The notes: generated by a model not told the origin, from the letters alone. 64,000 nucleotides of DNA from Balanoglossus misakiensis (GCA_040954595.2 CM082584.2:124001-188000), one strand, 5' to 3'; numbered from the stretch's first letter, positions 13,154-24,962 are shown. Program-made: numbers and translations.

Positions 13154-13375
13154 TTAATGTTACTTAGGTAGTGGAGCACCAAAACCCAAATTTTCATATC
13201 GATTGTGTATTTTGTGATAAAAGCACCAAACTTGGCTCAGATGTGTGTTAATGTGTACTGAACAAATTCAGATAGCGAGTCACTAAATATCTGTTGAAGA
13301 GTTTCCATGGCAACCAATTTTTTTTCAAAATGGCCGCAAATACAGATAATCACACCTGTTAAACATCAAAATAAA

Positions 13376-14239
13376 TTCACTACAAGAACCACTGCAGTCA
13401 GCGTACCGAAAGGATCACAGTACCGAAACAGCACTTACTAAAGTCAACAACGATATTTGTATGGCACTGGATGCCGGTAAATGTGTACTCATGGTTCTCC
13501 TCGATCTCTCCTCTGTGTTTGATACCATAGATCACGACACAATCATCTCAAGGTTATCAAAACTGGGCATCACCAACATCGCACTACAATGGTTCTCATC
13601 ATATCTTAAGAACAGACAGCAGTTTGTATGGCACAATGTCAGAACCTCAATATCTACAATATGGAGTACCACACGGTTCAGTGCTTGGCCCACTTTTGTT
13701 CTGCAGCTACATCCAACCACTTGCTCAACTTATTTGTCACCACAACATCAATTTTCACCAATATGCCGATGACAACCAACTATACCAATATTTCTTCCAG
13801 TTAGACACCATAAGTACATTAGACAAGATGGAAAGGGCAGTTCACGAAATAAAAACCTGGATGACACATAATAAACTTCAACTAAATGGTGGCAAACCCG
13901 AGGTACTCCTGATAAGGTCTCAGTTCAACCGCTCGCCTCGTCCCATAAACCACATGAGCATTGGATCATGTTGTGTTCAAATTGTGAATTCTGCACGGAA
14001 TATAGGTGTGACATTCGACGACAATTACACTTTCAATAAGCACATTAATGCAATTTGCAAGTCAATTTTCTTCCATCTGCGTCAAATCAGCCACATTCGC
14101 CGTTACCTCACTAAGGAAGTTTGCCAGATGCTGGTTCATGCTCTAATCACATCAAAACTGGACTACTGCAATGCAATACTCTGTGGTTTACCATCATCAT
14201 GCATTCAACCGCTACAGCATGCCCTGAATTCTGCAGCCA
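13376..14239 (+). mobile_element. Degenerate LINE reverse transcriptase fragment (CR1/L2 group)
   Basis: Motifs [43 protein letters not shown] and SKLDYCN; frameshifted. Confidence 0.92.
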
Positions 14240-15321
14240 CCATGGCCTCCTTCACAAAAACCTCACCAGACCCCATAATGCCTCCATCTCTTACACCACA
14301 CCTTATACCCACCACAAATCCTAGCCATCACCCAACCTATCATAGCCCAAACAATCCAAACCCAATCAAAATTGACCCTAGCCCCACTTATCAAGCCATC
14401 AATGCTCAACGGCAACCCAAATAACACTTAACTTAAAGATTGGCATAAATCCAAACTCATACCACTGCGACCCCAAATATACAACACAAAGACTCAATCA
14501 CGAACCAATACCTACCATTTGTAGCAAATACACGACCAAAGATTTGATCCCATCTATCATCCATATATCATCAGAAAGTTGGGACGATGAGCAATGGGGC
14601 AGAGACTGATCATCAAAAATTTGAGACAGGGAATTCCAACAAATGAGATCATTAAGTTAAATATGCAAAGCAAATCAGAAAAGAGAATCAGAAGATTTTC
14701 TCCGAAGGACACCTTGCAAATTCATGATTGGAAAGACACTGCAGTCACATGTATATTGTAGTGTCCAAACACTAGTGAGCATCTATACTTTATACATTCT
14801 GTAAAATGACGTAATGCAACATTCGGGTCATTATGAATAAAGTGCGTGAACGAGACTAGGCACTCTCACTCTTACATGCCGGACTTGGTGTCTCGTGTTG
14901 TCATTATTGCCCACCAACGATTCTATATTTGGCGACGAGGACGGAGAACATGGAGAATCAGCTAGCCGTCAATGCCGAGTTTTCCTGTTCATTCAGACCC
15001 GACAACCACCAGTACGAGATGGAAAAAGTACATGGCTAGAGTAGAAAACGCATTTGTCGCATTCAACATTACAGATGACAAGCGACAACGTGCACTGCTA
15101 TTGCACTGGGCAGGTGAGGAAGTTTCCGACTTCTTTGATACTCTACCAGATACAGGAACTAGCTGTGAAACAGCCAAATTAAAGCTTTCGTCATACTTCT
15201 CACCCAAACGGAACATTGAATACGAACGATTTATCTTCAGAGACACCATACAAAACAACGGCGAATCGATTGATGCCTATCACACTTGTTTGCAACGCCT
15301 AGCAGAAACATATGTGACTTC

Positions 15322-15512
15322 TGTAACGTCATGCCTCGAAAATGACGTCCAACAAAATAACGACTGAAACACGTTATTTCGTAACGAACAACTTGTCCCA
15401 CGCATGTAGGTTTTAATCAGTAACTAGAACACCTAACGAACACAACAACGCATGCGCACAGCACATACTACTCTACTGGGGGGGTGCTCATGTTTTTGTC
15501 CATAACGTTACA
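15322..15512 (-). repeat. 3' LTR
   Basis: tgtaacg...cgttaca termini; preceded on the minus strand by the PPT. Confidence 0.96.
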
Positions 15513-15525
15513 CCTTTCTTTCTTT
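15513..15525 (-). promoter_or_regulatory. Polypurine tract AAAGAAAGAAAGG
   Basis: Purine run abutting the 3' LTR. Confidence 0.88.
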
Positions 15526-15642
15526 ACAGAAAGTGTGTGCGCATGTCGTATCATGAAAGTACATAACAAGGAAATCACAAAAATCTCAAAATGGCAGAAT
15601 ACTCAAATGTCACTGTGATCAGTTCAACTGTTCAGTTCACTT

Positions 15643-18600
15643 TTATGAAACAAAGTCTCTGAGATACTTTGGTGGTGTCAAAACACGACCGCTACGTGTT
15701 CGCGTAGTGCAGTGTTCTTGCTTCGGCGCTGGCGCTGGCTTCAGTGGCGAACTGGACACAGGTACATCTCTGGTTTCACTTGTCATCCGGGTTGGAACTG
15801 GCTGTTTCAACGGAGATTTCGGTGCTTGTGCTGGCTCTGTGATATCACTCGCTGATGTATATGTCTTCGATGGCTGTACTTGTGGAGGCGGCAGCAAGCG
15901 AGGCGAAACTGGTATGAATGACTCAGATGACTTCCTCAGGAATTTCCGATTTCTCCTGAACACTCGTCCATCTTCTGTTCTGACGTTGTACGATCTCACA
16001 TCATCCTGATGAAGTACTTGTGCCTTTATCCATTTTCCAGATCTATCATGCGTAAGTGGCCTGATACGCACAATGTCTCCTTTCACCAAACTTGGCAGTT
16101 CCTTCACACCGTGACTGTTGTAGTGCTTGGTTTGTTCCAGTTTTCTCTTGTACAGTTTGCTATGTACATCTTCTACGACTTTCGGCTTGAGTAGCTTCCT
16201 AGCTGTTGGCAGTAGTGTTTTCGTTCTTCTGCCGAACAATCGCTGTGCTGGAGATGCTGTGATACCCTCGCTCGGAGTATTTCTCCAATCCAATAATGCT
16301 AGGTAGAAGTCTGTACCGGCTTCTCTTGCTTTTCTCATCAGCATTTTGGCTGTCTTCACGGCGTTTTCCACCTTTCCATTGCTCTGGGGGTACTCAGGTG
16401 AGCTCGTGATGTGTTCAAACTCATAGGCTTTGGCAAATGACTGGAATTCCCTGGAGTTGTATGGACTATTGTCGCTGTGTAGCTGATCAGGAATACCATG
16501 TACTGAGAAATGTCTCTTGGTCTTCTTGATGATTTCAGCTGCAGTTTTCTCATACAGTCGGTCCACTTCGAAGTAGTTGGAATAATAATCGACCGTGCAG
16601 AGGTAATCTCTGCCGCTGAAGGTGAAGATGTCGGAACCTATCTTCTCCCATGGTCGTTCTGGAATCTCGTGACATATCAGTGGCTCTTTCTGCTGGTTTC
16701 TCTGGTATGTGTTGCATACATCGCATTTGGAGATGAAATCTGTGATATCTGCATTCATCCCTGGCCAGTAGACAACTTCTCTGGCTCTCCTCAAACAACT
16801 TTGTATACCTAGGTGTGCACTGTGAAGTTTGTCACGTATCTTCGGTCTCAACTGTAAGGGTACAACACATCTCAGGCCCTTGAATATCACTCCATCTTGC
16901 ACTGCAAGCTCGTCTCTGCTGTCAAAGTATACGTGTACATCTGGGGGCAAATCAGTCTTCTGATCTGGCCATCCTTTCAGTATGATCTGCTTCAGAGACT
17001 GCAGTGTCGGATCTTTTGCTGTCTCCATCTGGATTTCACGCAGTTGTGGTTCTGAGATGGGTAGGTAATCCACCATATGGATACTCTCTACTTCTTTCTC
17101 GATTTCCGATCTGTCACCGATATCAAGCGAAGCTCTCGATAGGGTGTCTGCAAGGTACATTTCCTTACCACACTTGTAACGGATCTCCACATTGTAGTTG
17201 TTCAACCGCAATAGAAGTCGCTGTAACCTACGTGGTGCTGCGGCCAACGGCTTCTTGTGTATGGAAACTAACGGCTTATGGTCTGTCCATAGTGTGACTC
17301 GCCGACCATAAACGTACTGGTGGTTGCGCTCCATACCGAAAACTTGAGCAAGCAGCTCTTTCTCTATCTGAGAGTATTTCTGCTCAGCGGCGGTGAGTGC
17401 TCTACTGGCATATGTGACTGGCTGGCCCTGTTGCATAAGCACAAATCCGAGTCCTTTGGATGACGCATCACCCTGCCCTTCTGTGGGTAGTGTCGGATCA
17501 AAGTACCTCAACACTGGTGCAGCAGTCACTGCTCGTTTGATTTCTTCAAACGCGTTGTCTTGTTCCTGAGACCATTCGAACTCAACTCCCTTGTGAGTTA
17601 GTCTCCTCAGTGGCTCGCACATATCTGACAAACCACGTAAGAATTTGGACAGATATTTTACCACTCCAACTATTCGCTGTACACCGGCAGCATCGGTTGG
17701 CTTCTCCATTTTCTGTACTGCTTCTACTTTCTTCGGATCTGGTTTCAATCCTTGATTCGTCAACAGATGTCCGTAGAAAGGCATCTCTGTGAGTCTCAAC
17801 TCTAGCTTGTCTTTGTTCAATCTGATATTTCTCTCTCTGCAACGCTTCAATAGGCCTATCATGTTCCTGTCATGATCCCTGTTGGCGTCTGCTATGGTAT
17901 CACCTTGACCTAGTATCAGGATATCATCTGCAATCTTGTATACACCTGGCAGGTCTTCTAGATTCTGGTCAAGTTTCTGCTGGAAATACTCAGGTGCTGG
18001 TGAGATACCAAACGGCATCCTCAACCATCTGTATCGGCCCCATGGGGTTTGGAATGTGGTCAGTAGACTCGATTCTTCGTCTAGCTCAATCTGCAGAAAA
18101 CCTTCCTTCAGGTCTGCTTTGCTGAAGACTTTCGCTTTGGTGAGCTCTGGTAATACATCTTCGATTACTGGGAGGGGGTAGTGACTCCTCTTCAACGCTT
18201 TATTCAAGTGTTGTGGATCAATACATACACGAATGGCTCCATTCGCTTTCTTCACAATCACAAGGCTGGACACCCATTGTGTTGGCTCGTCAACTTTCTT
18301 TATGGTACCACGCTTCTCCAGACGATCTAATTCGTCTCTGAGTTTCTGTTTCAATGCGACTGGTACTCGGCGGGGCGGCATTATTGCTGGAACAACTGAC
18401 TTGTCTACTTCCAAGTGTAGCTGTCCTTCCATGCGGCCTAATCCCTTGAACAGATCACTGTATGATGACAGTATCGATTCTTTTGTCAACATCTCACCTG
18501 GCTCTACATCTGGCACAGGACATGGAATACCAACATTGTTTATTTCCATGTTGTTGCGTTCTACAGTTATCAATTTCATCACTTGGGCTGTGAGTGACCC

Positions 18601-19806
18601 CAATAGTGGTGTGTAGTTGCCTTTTACCACAACAAAGTCCACGTCATATTTCTTGCGGGTCTTCGGGTTATATACGGGAAGTTTGCTGATTCCAAGTATC
18701 GGCATACTTGACTTGCTATACATCTTCAGGTTACCACTGGACTCTCTGATCTTTGTCCCTATTGGCACATATCTCACTGGTAGCACATTGCAAGTGGCAC
18801 CACAGTCTATCTGCATCTTGACTGGTTTTCTTGCAATTTCCATGGTTACCATTATTTTGTTTATGTAGCCTGAAGTGTTTATACTGTTCACCTGAAAGTT
18901 TTCACTGTCGAAGGACACAGACAAGACTCCGTCTTCTGAAGATGATCCATCAGTGTCATCTTCCTGTTCCAAGACATACACTTTCTTCTTCTTCTTCTCA
19001 TCTGCTTTGCCTTTCTTATCACACTTTTTGGCAAAGTGATTCTTTTTGCCACACACAGCACAGGATTTTCCATAAGCTGGGCACTTCTCTTTTCTCCTCT
19101 CATGGTCTCGGCCACAGAATTTGCAGTCAGTCACCATATTCTGCTGATTGCTGGGTTGACTATATCTGCTTTTCTTTCTGTTTACTGCGTTGACCTGGGT
19201 TTGCTCAGTGGCTTCACCAGCGATGGCTTTGACTTGTACTGTTGTGCTCTCAGAGGCACGGCAAATCTGTATACATTTGCTCAGTGTTAGTCCTGCTTCC
19301 TGCAGCAATTTTCTTCTAACACTATTCTCACGTAGACCACAGACAATCCTATCACGTATCAGTTCGTCTTTCAGTGCGCCGTAGTTGCATGTAGCAGCCA
19401 GACCACGCAAGACTGTAGCATACGCATCTATGGATTCATCTGGCTCTTGGGCTCGATTGTTAAATACATATCTTTCATAGATGACATTGGTTTCACCAAC
19501 ACAGTAATTTGTCCAGAGTTCAATGATTTTCTTCATGCTCTTTTTCTCACCTTCATTCTGGTAAGGCAGGCTGTTATGTGTATCCAGGGCGTCTAGCCCA
19601 ATACACGTGATGAACGTGGTGACACGGCCTTTATCATTGTCAGCTTTCTCATCCAATTTCGTCACAGTCTCATACGCGTCCCAAATCTGCTTCCATTTCT
19701 TCCAATTTCTGGAGAGGTCACCCTTCAACTCTAGTCTGGGCGGCAATGGAACATTTGACACGAACGTCGACGACTGGGCTGGTGCGGCGGCCTGATCGTT
19801 TGACAT
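15643..19806 (-). CDS. gag-pol: Gag-Pol polyprotein, 1387 aa (gag, Zn knuckles, protease, RT, RNase H, integrase)
   Basis: CKFCGRDH..CPAYGKSCAVCGKKNH, protease IDCGA, RT MPFG/IADD, RNase H DASSKGLG/YSQIEKE/TDHKPL, integrase H..H..CDVC plus DDE and PQSNG. The RT-RH-INT order is that of Ty3/Gypsy. Confidence 0.98.
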   Translation of the reverse strand: MSNDQAAAPAQSSTFVSNVPLPPRLELKGDLSRNWKKWKQIWDAYETVTKLDEKADNDKGRVTTFITCIGLDALDTHNSLPYQNEGEKKSMKKIIELWTNYCVGETNVIYERYVFNNRAQEPDESIDAYATVLRGLAATCNYGALKDELIRDRIVCGLRENSVRRKLLQEAGLTLSKCIQICRASESTTVQVKAIAGEATEQTQVNAVNRKKSRYSQPSNQQNMVTDCKFCGRDHERRKEKCPAYGKSCAVCGKKNHFAKKCDKKGKADEKKKKKVYVLEQEDDTDGSSSEDGVLSVSFDSENFQVNSINTSGYINKIMVTMEIARKPVKMQIDCGATCNVLPVRYVPIGTKIRESSGNLKMYSKSSMPILGISKLPVYNPKTRKKYDVDFVVVKGNYTPLLGSLTAQVMKLITVERNNMEINNVGIPCPVPDVEPGEMLTKESILSSYSDLFKGLGRMEGQLHLEVDKSVVPAIMPPRRVPVALKQKLRDELDRLEKRGTIKKVDEPTQWVSSLVIVKKANGAIRVCIDPQHLNKALKRSHYPLPVIEDVLPELTKAKVFSKADLKEGFLQIELDEESSLLTTFQTPWGRYRWLRMPFGISPAPEYFQQKLDQNLEDLPGVYKIADDILILGQGDTIADANRDHDRNMIGLLKRCRERNIRLNKDKLELRLTEMPFYGHLLTNQGLKPDPKKVEAVQKMEKPTDAAGVQRIVGVVKYLSKFLRGLSDMCEPLRRLTHKGVEFEWSQEQDNAFEEIKRAVTAAPVLRYFDPTLPTEGQGDASSKGLGFVLMQQGQPVTYASRALTAAEQKYSQIEKELLAQVFGMERNHQYVYGRRVTLWTDHKPLVSIHKKPLAAAPRRLQRLLLRLNNYNVEIRYKCGKEMYLADTLSRASLDIGDRSEIEKEVESIHMVDYLPISEPQLREIQMETAKDPTLQSLKQIILKGWPDQKTDLPPDVHVYFDSRDELAVQDGVIFKGLRCVVPLQLRPKIRDKLHSAHLGIQSCLRRAREVVYWPGMNADITDFISKCDVCNTYQRNQQKEPLICHEIPERPWEKIGSDIFTFSGRDYLCTVDYYSNYFEVDRLYEKTAAEIIKKTKRHFSVHGIPDQLHSDNSPYNSREFQSFAKAYEFEHITSSPEYPQSNGKVENAVKTAKMLMRKAREAGTDFYLALLDWRNTPSEGITASPAQRLFGRRTKTLLPTARKLLKPKVVEDVHSKLYKRKLEQTKHYNSHGVKELPSLVKGDIVRIRPLTHDRSGKWIKAQVLHQDDVRSYNVRTEDGRVFRRNRKFLRKSSESFIPVSPRLLPPPQVQPSKTYTSASDITEPAQAPKSPLKQPVPTRMTSETRDVPVSSSPLKPAPAPKQEHCTTRTRSGRVLTPPKYLRDFVS

Positions 19807-19964
19807 TGTCGATCATAGACAGTGGCTGGAAATTATGCAAATGAGAAAGTTCTGGACTGTTCTGTACAGTGCAGTGTACTCACACGTCGCTGGGAGGAAG
19901 TTGGTTTTCACGCACGATTTCCAGTCTCCCGACGTCTGAAAATGCTTTTATTTTAGCATCGGTT

Positions 19965-19978
19965 CACTCCTGACACCA
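19965..19978 (-). promoter_or_regulatory. Primer binding site TGGTGTCAGGAGTG (tRNA-Leu)
   Basis: Directly follows the 5' LTR; complementary to the ...CACTCCTGACACCA 3' end of metazoan tRNA-Leu(CAG) as recalled. Confidence 0.85.
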
Positions 19979-20169
19979 TGTCACGTCATGCCTCGAAAAT
20001 GACGTCCAACAAAATAACGACTGAAACACGTTATTTCGTAACGAACAACTTGTCCCACGCATGTAGGTTTTAATCAGTAACTAGAACACCTAACGAACAC
20101 AACAACGCATGCGCACAGCACATACTACTCTACTGGGGGGGTGCTCATGTTTTTGTCCATAACGTTACA
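19979..20169 (-). repeat. 5' LTR
   Basis: Identical to 15322-15512 except c/a at 19982/15325; contains ATTAAA on the minus strand. Confidence 0.96.
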
Positions 20170-22369
20170 ACTTCACCAATAAGGATCAAGAGGTCAAATC
20201 ACAAATCATACGAGGATTCACATCAGCCCGTCTCAGACGTCGTGCTCTTCGGGAGGAGACGACACTAGAGAATCTACTGAGTACAGGCTGTTCATTTGAG
20301 GTATCAGAGGTTCAGGCTAGTGGGATTGAGGAGAAAATCCAAAATTATGGTGCAGATACGGCATCTGTGAATGCGGTCAGAAAACAGCGCCACCAACGCC
20401 CGAAACCAAATAAACAAAAGAGAGCTCATCAGCAGCCAGCGAAAGGACCGTCCACTTGTTATTATTGTGGTGGCACCTATCCACATGACTCAGTATGTCC
20501 AGCTAAAGGCAAGTCATGCAGGAAGTGTGGCAAACCTAACTATTTTGCCAAATGCTACCGATCAAAAGGCAAGGCAAATAGGGTAGACAAGGATGAAACT
20601 GTCAAAGCTGTGCATAAAGTGGAAGACAGCTCGGGAGATGAATACTGCTTCACTGTACAACAATCAAATGGCAGGAGGCCTCAAGTAACAGTGCAGACAG
20701 AACAAACAGCAGTTGCCTCACTGATCGACCCTGGTTCTACAATAAACATGATGAGTGTAAACACATACAACAACCTAAAGAACAAACCCATGTGGCAAAC
20801 AGAAAGCCCGTTTTACCACTGTCAGCAGTGCATTATTGAGTATTTTAGCATCGCTGGATTTAGCTCTCGTCCAATCAGAATTGCGGACGGTAGCATGATA
20901 TAATATAATTGAGAATAAATCTCGCGACAAGTGTACAGTTTGACAATGTACACAGATAATCCGTTTCAACAATGTTTCCTTTGTAGTGTGAATAAAACTG
21001 CACACTTTGCAAGTTTTCAACTTCAAAACACTATGGCTATTACATAGACAAAGCTGCTAATATACAGTGTATACCTGTCATTTTTGTTTGTGGTGAGATT
21101 TTCATTGGCACAGTCGCACAGAGCTCACACAAGAGGAAATTACACTTTCTGTTGAATTCACTGCATCCTGCTAACTTTAAGTCATATATCCAGTGAAACA
21201 TTAAGTTATAGAATTTTCCATCGCAGTATTCTGTTTTATATACATGTATAGCAGTCCCACACATATTGATTAATTTGACAAAAGAAACTGACTGACAATT
21301 TTCACAGCGCTCCCAGTATAGCATCCTTGGCAGGTGCACGTCAATGCCCCACACGAGGTTAGGGTTGGCAAGTGCTGCCATTTTGACATGGGTTGTTAGC
21401 ACTGATCAATTCCTACGCATGACAGAAAAATGAAGAATTAGGCTATGGGCCGGACCTGCCTATCGTTTCAAAACGCACTCTGTATATTAGGGTCTATTTC
21501 TTTTACATAAAAACAAGTCTTCTTGCTCTAATATGATAAAAGAAAAAAACTTCAACTTAAATATTGCGTCCTCAGAGGTAATATCGAGCCCTAAAAATCA
21601 GGTATGCTAATGCGGTTAAAGGTCGTGCAGTTCTCCTTATAACAAGCGATCTTATTGGTGGTTACGTGACTGCACCAATCACAGAATGCGTTATGTCACT
21701 CAGCAATTACACACGCAGGGCCAACTATCAGGCAGCTACATGTATACTAGTATACATGTTACAGAAGATTAAACAGAATTGTTGGTAAGGAAAGTTTGAG
21801 CAGACTAGTCCATTCAATGTAAAAAATGGTGCTGATTCCAAAAAAGTCAGTCTTATTGACCCCTTTCAAGACAAAATTGCCATTTTTGCCACTTTTAACC
21901 CAAAAGGTCATTTAAAAAACACTCAAAACACACTGTTTTCATCACATTTGGAGATCTGATGACATTTGAGGATTATGCGGAAACAGTGACACACCAGAAT
22001 AAAAATTACAGGTGACATTTGCAAGCAGATATGATCTGACCATATAGAAATATGGAATGTAAAAACATTAACAAGGAACATGCCCAATAAACTGTCATGT
22101 GTCATGGCAGTCTTACAAGTGGTGCTAGAAAAAAAAATGACCAAAAATTGTCGGTACAAACACATATGCGAAGCAACTTCTTTCAGTCAGCCCTGGAACA
22201 GACACACACTGACCTGCCACTGGTAATTAAAATTTGATAGCTGGTGGTCTCTGTAACAGCTGGCCTATTTAAGTTATGTAAACATGTCTTTGTTCGAGGT
22301 AACAACTCCTTGTAAATAGTAACTTTAAAAACAACTGGACAATTTGTTTAGGAAAAGATTTGCTAACCA

Positions 22370-23335
22370 AAAACTAAGAAACTTACCAAAAAAACTCGCT
22401 AAATATTTAATCTTTCTGATCTCAGAATTGAATAAAAGTTGCACATATACAGGTATGTGTTATGAAATTATATCCTAAATTTCAAAGCAATCAGAGAAAA
22501 AACTAATTTCAAAGCAATCCAACAAGCAGTTTCACAGAAAATATTTGTTCAAAAGTGGCAAAAACACAAATATGCAAATATCACCAAAATTGTACAATAT
22601 CTTACTTCAATCACTACAAGGAACATGCTGCCTAAGTTCAATGCAATAGGACAAGCGGTTTCAGAGAAAACAATTTTTGACAAAAATTGCAAAAGTTTCC
22701 CCGATAACACATTTATGCAAATATCTTTTTTTTTTACAACATATTATTTAGGTTACCCCTACGAACATGCCTACCAAATTGGAAAGCAATCTGGCATGAG
22801 GTTTTAAAGAAAAACATTTTTTGACCAAAAATGGCAAATATTGCTCAAAATTATAGATATGCAAATTTTGCAACAATTTGAACAAAACTATGGTTACTTA
22901 GACAACATTAGGAGGCTTCATACTAAATTTCAAAGACTTTTTACCAATAACATGGAAAAATACAAAAAAATGCAAAAAAAATAGGAAATCGATAATATTA
23001 GCTCAAAACATACAGGATTGTATGAGGTTGATATAAGCTACATGCATACCAATTTTCAAATCAATATGACCAGTGGTTGTCCAGTTTTTGAGTTTTGACC
23101 AATTTCACATTTTCCCAGCTAATTTGCATATTTTTGGCAATGACATCTTCATTTGAACAAACTCCCATCTACAGCCCTGCCTGCATCTACACGCCAAATA
23201 TCGAGGTCATACGCGCTGCGGTTTTCAAGTTTTCGATGTGGACGGACATACAGACATACATCCATCCATCCATCCATCCATACATACAGACGTAACCAAT
23301 CCCATAAGGTCCCATGGTACATACCAATGGGACCT
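22370..23335 (-). mobile_element. DINE-1/Helentron-like non-autonomous element (second family)
   Basis: Terminal hairpin aggtcccat...atgggacct (23307-23335) next to a T-run, followed by an ATGT/GGAT microsatellite. The distal boundary is approximate. Copies at about 39380-40336 and, truncated, about 61790-62365. Confidence 0.55.
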
Positions 23336-23352
23336 AAAAACTTGTGACTTAC

Positions 23353-23475
23353 ATGTAACACATGTTTGCCCAGTGTAGCAGGTTGGACAGTTGCAGGTGT
23401 AGATTGAGCAGGAGCCTTGAAGTGGCTGATACACTCCGTTATTCAGACATGGGTTTAGAAGACACTGGTTGATCG
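23353..23475 (-). CDS. EGF-like exon f (123 nt): INQCLLNPCLNNGVYQPLQGSCSIYTCNCPTCYTGQTCVT (Cys3->Tyr)
   Basis: tag/gtaagt boundaries. Copy at 40354-40476. Confidence 0.82.
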
Positions 23476-23923
23476 CTAAGGGTGAGAGAAATGAAAAGTA
23501 TCACATTAGGGTCTTACACACTTGAGTGGGAAGTGAAATCTGTAGCAGACTGTCAGAAGATTGCACATCCGTGTGATCATGTTCATGTGTGAAGGATAAT
23601 GAAGACCACTTGATCCAAGCTTGGTGCTACCATCTTTATCATAATTACAGCATCTTATAATATTTACTAGTTGGGGGTGGGGTGGGGTGGGGGTGGGGGT
23701 AGTTGATGTCATAACTTTCTGATGTTTCAATTTACGATTGGAAAAATAGCAACATCTACTCTGATGAGCATTTGAGTCAATGAAAGTATACATCATGGCT
23801 ACGGTAGTGCATATAAGTCTCTTGGTTAGCTGCACAATCACAGGCAACTTTATTGAGACAATATCAATGACAAAGCCCAGCGATTTCTACTTTGTGCGGC
23901 AAATCTGACACTGGTTTGCTTAC

Positions 23924-24040
23924 ATTCAGCGCACGTGGTTCCGATGAAACAGCGCGAACTCTGGCATCTGAACTCGGTGCAGGACACTTGCTGGCAGAAT
24001 CCACTGTTTAGACAAGGGTTGGGCTGACACGGATTCAAAT
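23924..24040 (-). CDS. EGF-like exon e (117 nt): LNPCQPNPCLNSGFCQQVSCTEFRCQSSRCFIGTTCAE
   Basis: cag/gtaagc boundaries; one Cys->Ser. Copy at 40925-41041. Confidence 0.82.
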
Positions 24041-24424
24041 CTGTGCACAGAAGAGAAAGTGATATAAATTGTGTACAGTTAATATTTACTACATATACTT
24101 TAAACAGATTTGTGCAGTCAGGGTTGAGTGGTAAAAATCTCAGTTGGTCAACAGAACATCACTGTGACAAATTTCTTCCATGTTCAACAAAAGAAACGTA
24201 ATGAAATTTTGACACAGGTGTAATAGTGTCTTAGTGTACCATACGGTGCAGGTTGTTGTTTGGTCAAATACACAATCCCCTTTTATGGCACACACATTCT
24301 TAATAAATTTCCCCAAAATTGTGTCGTTATTCACTGTTTGATACAGGTTGGAAGAAACCAACTGCAAGCCGATTATGTGTTATGTTATTATGTTCCTCTT
24401 CATCTGAAATTTAAAATCACTCAC

Positions 24425-24547
24425 ATGTCTGACATAAATCGCCGGAGTAACAGCTTGTACAGGAGCATGTGAATTCAGTACACCAATTGGGCGTCAGCAC
24501 ACAGTTTCCACCATTCTGACACTGGATGGGTTGACACTGGTTGACAG
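24425..24547 (-). CDS. EGF-like exon d (123 nt): VNQCQPIQCQNGGNCVLTPNWCTEFTCSCTSCYSGDLCQT
   Basis: cag/gtgagt boundaries; intact 8 Cys. Copy at 41426-41548. Confidence 0.87.
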
Positions 24548-24842
24548 CTGTGGGATGTGCAGTCAAGATATTGTCAAAATTACAGAATCTACAAACTACA
24601 CTCCACAGTCATGTACATGTATACATGACAACAACCAAAGGGCTGTTTTGAAAAACCAAATGCTGTGAAATCCTTTAGAGTGTGACAAGAAACCACAGTT
24701 GCAACCGAAAACAAAAATAGTGATAACATTAAGCTAGCCCAAAGTTTGAGTTACCAGGGCTTTAATATGTGTACCGTACTTATATTATATAATACATAAC
24801 AAGTGTTTTGCATTGAATAAAATAATATTGGTTTGTACTTAC

Positions 24843-24962
24843 GCATTGTAAATGTGGCACCAGTGAAGCATTCGGTACACATACAGTCAAACAGGAAACA
24901 GCCGTCTCGCGCAACGCATGTGCCACCATTTTGACAAGGCATAGAGTATAACTGATCAATGG
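24843..24962 (-). CDS. EGF-like exon c (120 nt): IDQLYSMPCQNGGTCVARDGCFLFDCMCTECFTGATFTM
   Basis: cag/gtaagt boundaries; Cys1 missing. Copies at 41844-41963 and 62496-62615 retain the last Cys. Confidence 0.8.

Larger units (their letters stand above)
15322..20169 (-). mobile_element. Full-length Ty3/Gypsy LTR retrotransposon (Mag-clade-like), 4848 bp
   Basis: 191-bp TG..CA LTRs with one mismatch, 5-bp TSD ACTTC (15317-15321, 20170-20174), PBS, PPT and an intact gag-pol. Empty sites at 37184-37188 and 59689-59693. Confidence 0.98.
14757..20800 (+). mobile_element. Older truncated Mag-type Gypsy element (5' LTR, PBS, gag, protease start), interrupted by the younger Gypsy
   Basis: Putative LTR about 14757-14927 (tgtag...ctata, contains AATAAA). 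PBS TGGCGACGAGGA at 14930-14941, complementary to the tRNA-Ser(GCT) 3' end as recalled. gag RWKKY...RALLLHWAG, Zn knuckles CYYCGGTYPH..CPAKGKSCRKCGKPN, protease remnant LIDPGS; no pol. Confidence 0.85.

Noticed and set aside
13624-14424. 266-aa RT ORF with a Pro-rich tail as a domesticated gene
   Set aside because: It is a truncated LINE read through a rearrangement junction, and the sister copy has a different frameshift.
14240-14572. NUMT interpretation of the C/A-rich filler
   Set aside because: The base skew is suggestive, but no mitochondrial protein, tRNA or rRNA motif was recognisable.
15707-19795. Numerous short ORFs overlapping gag-pol
   Set aside because: They are antisense or out-of-frame shadows of the long ORF.
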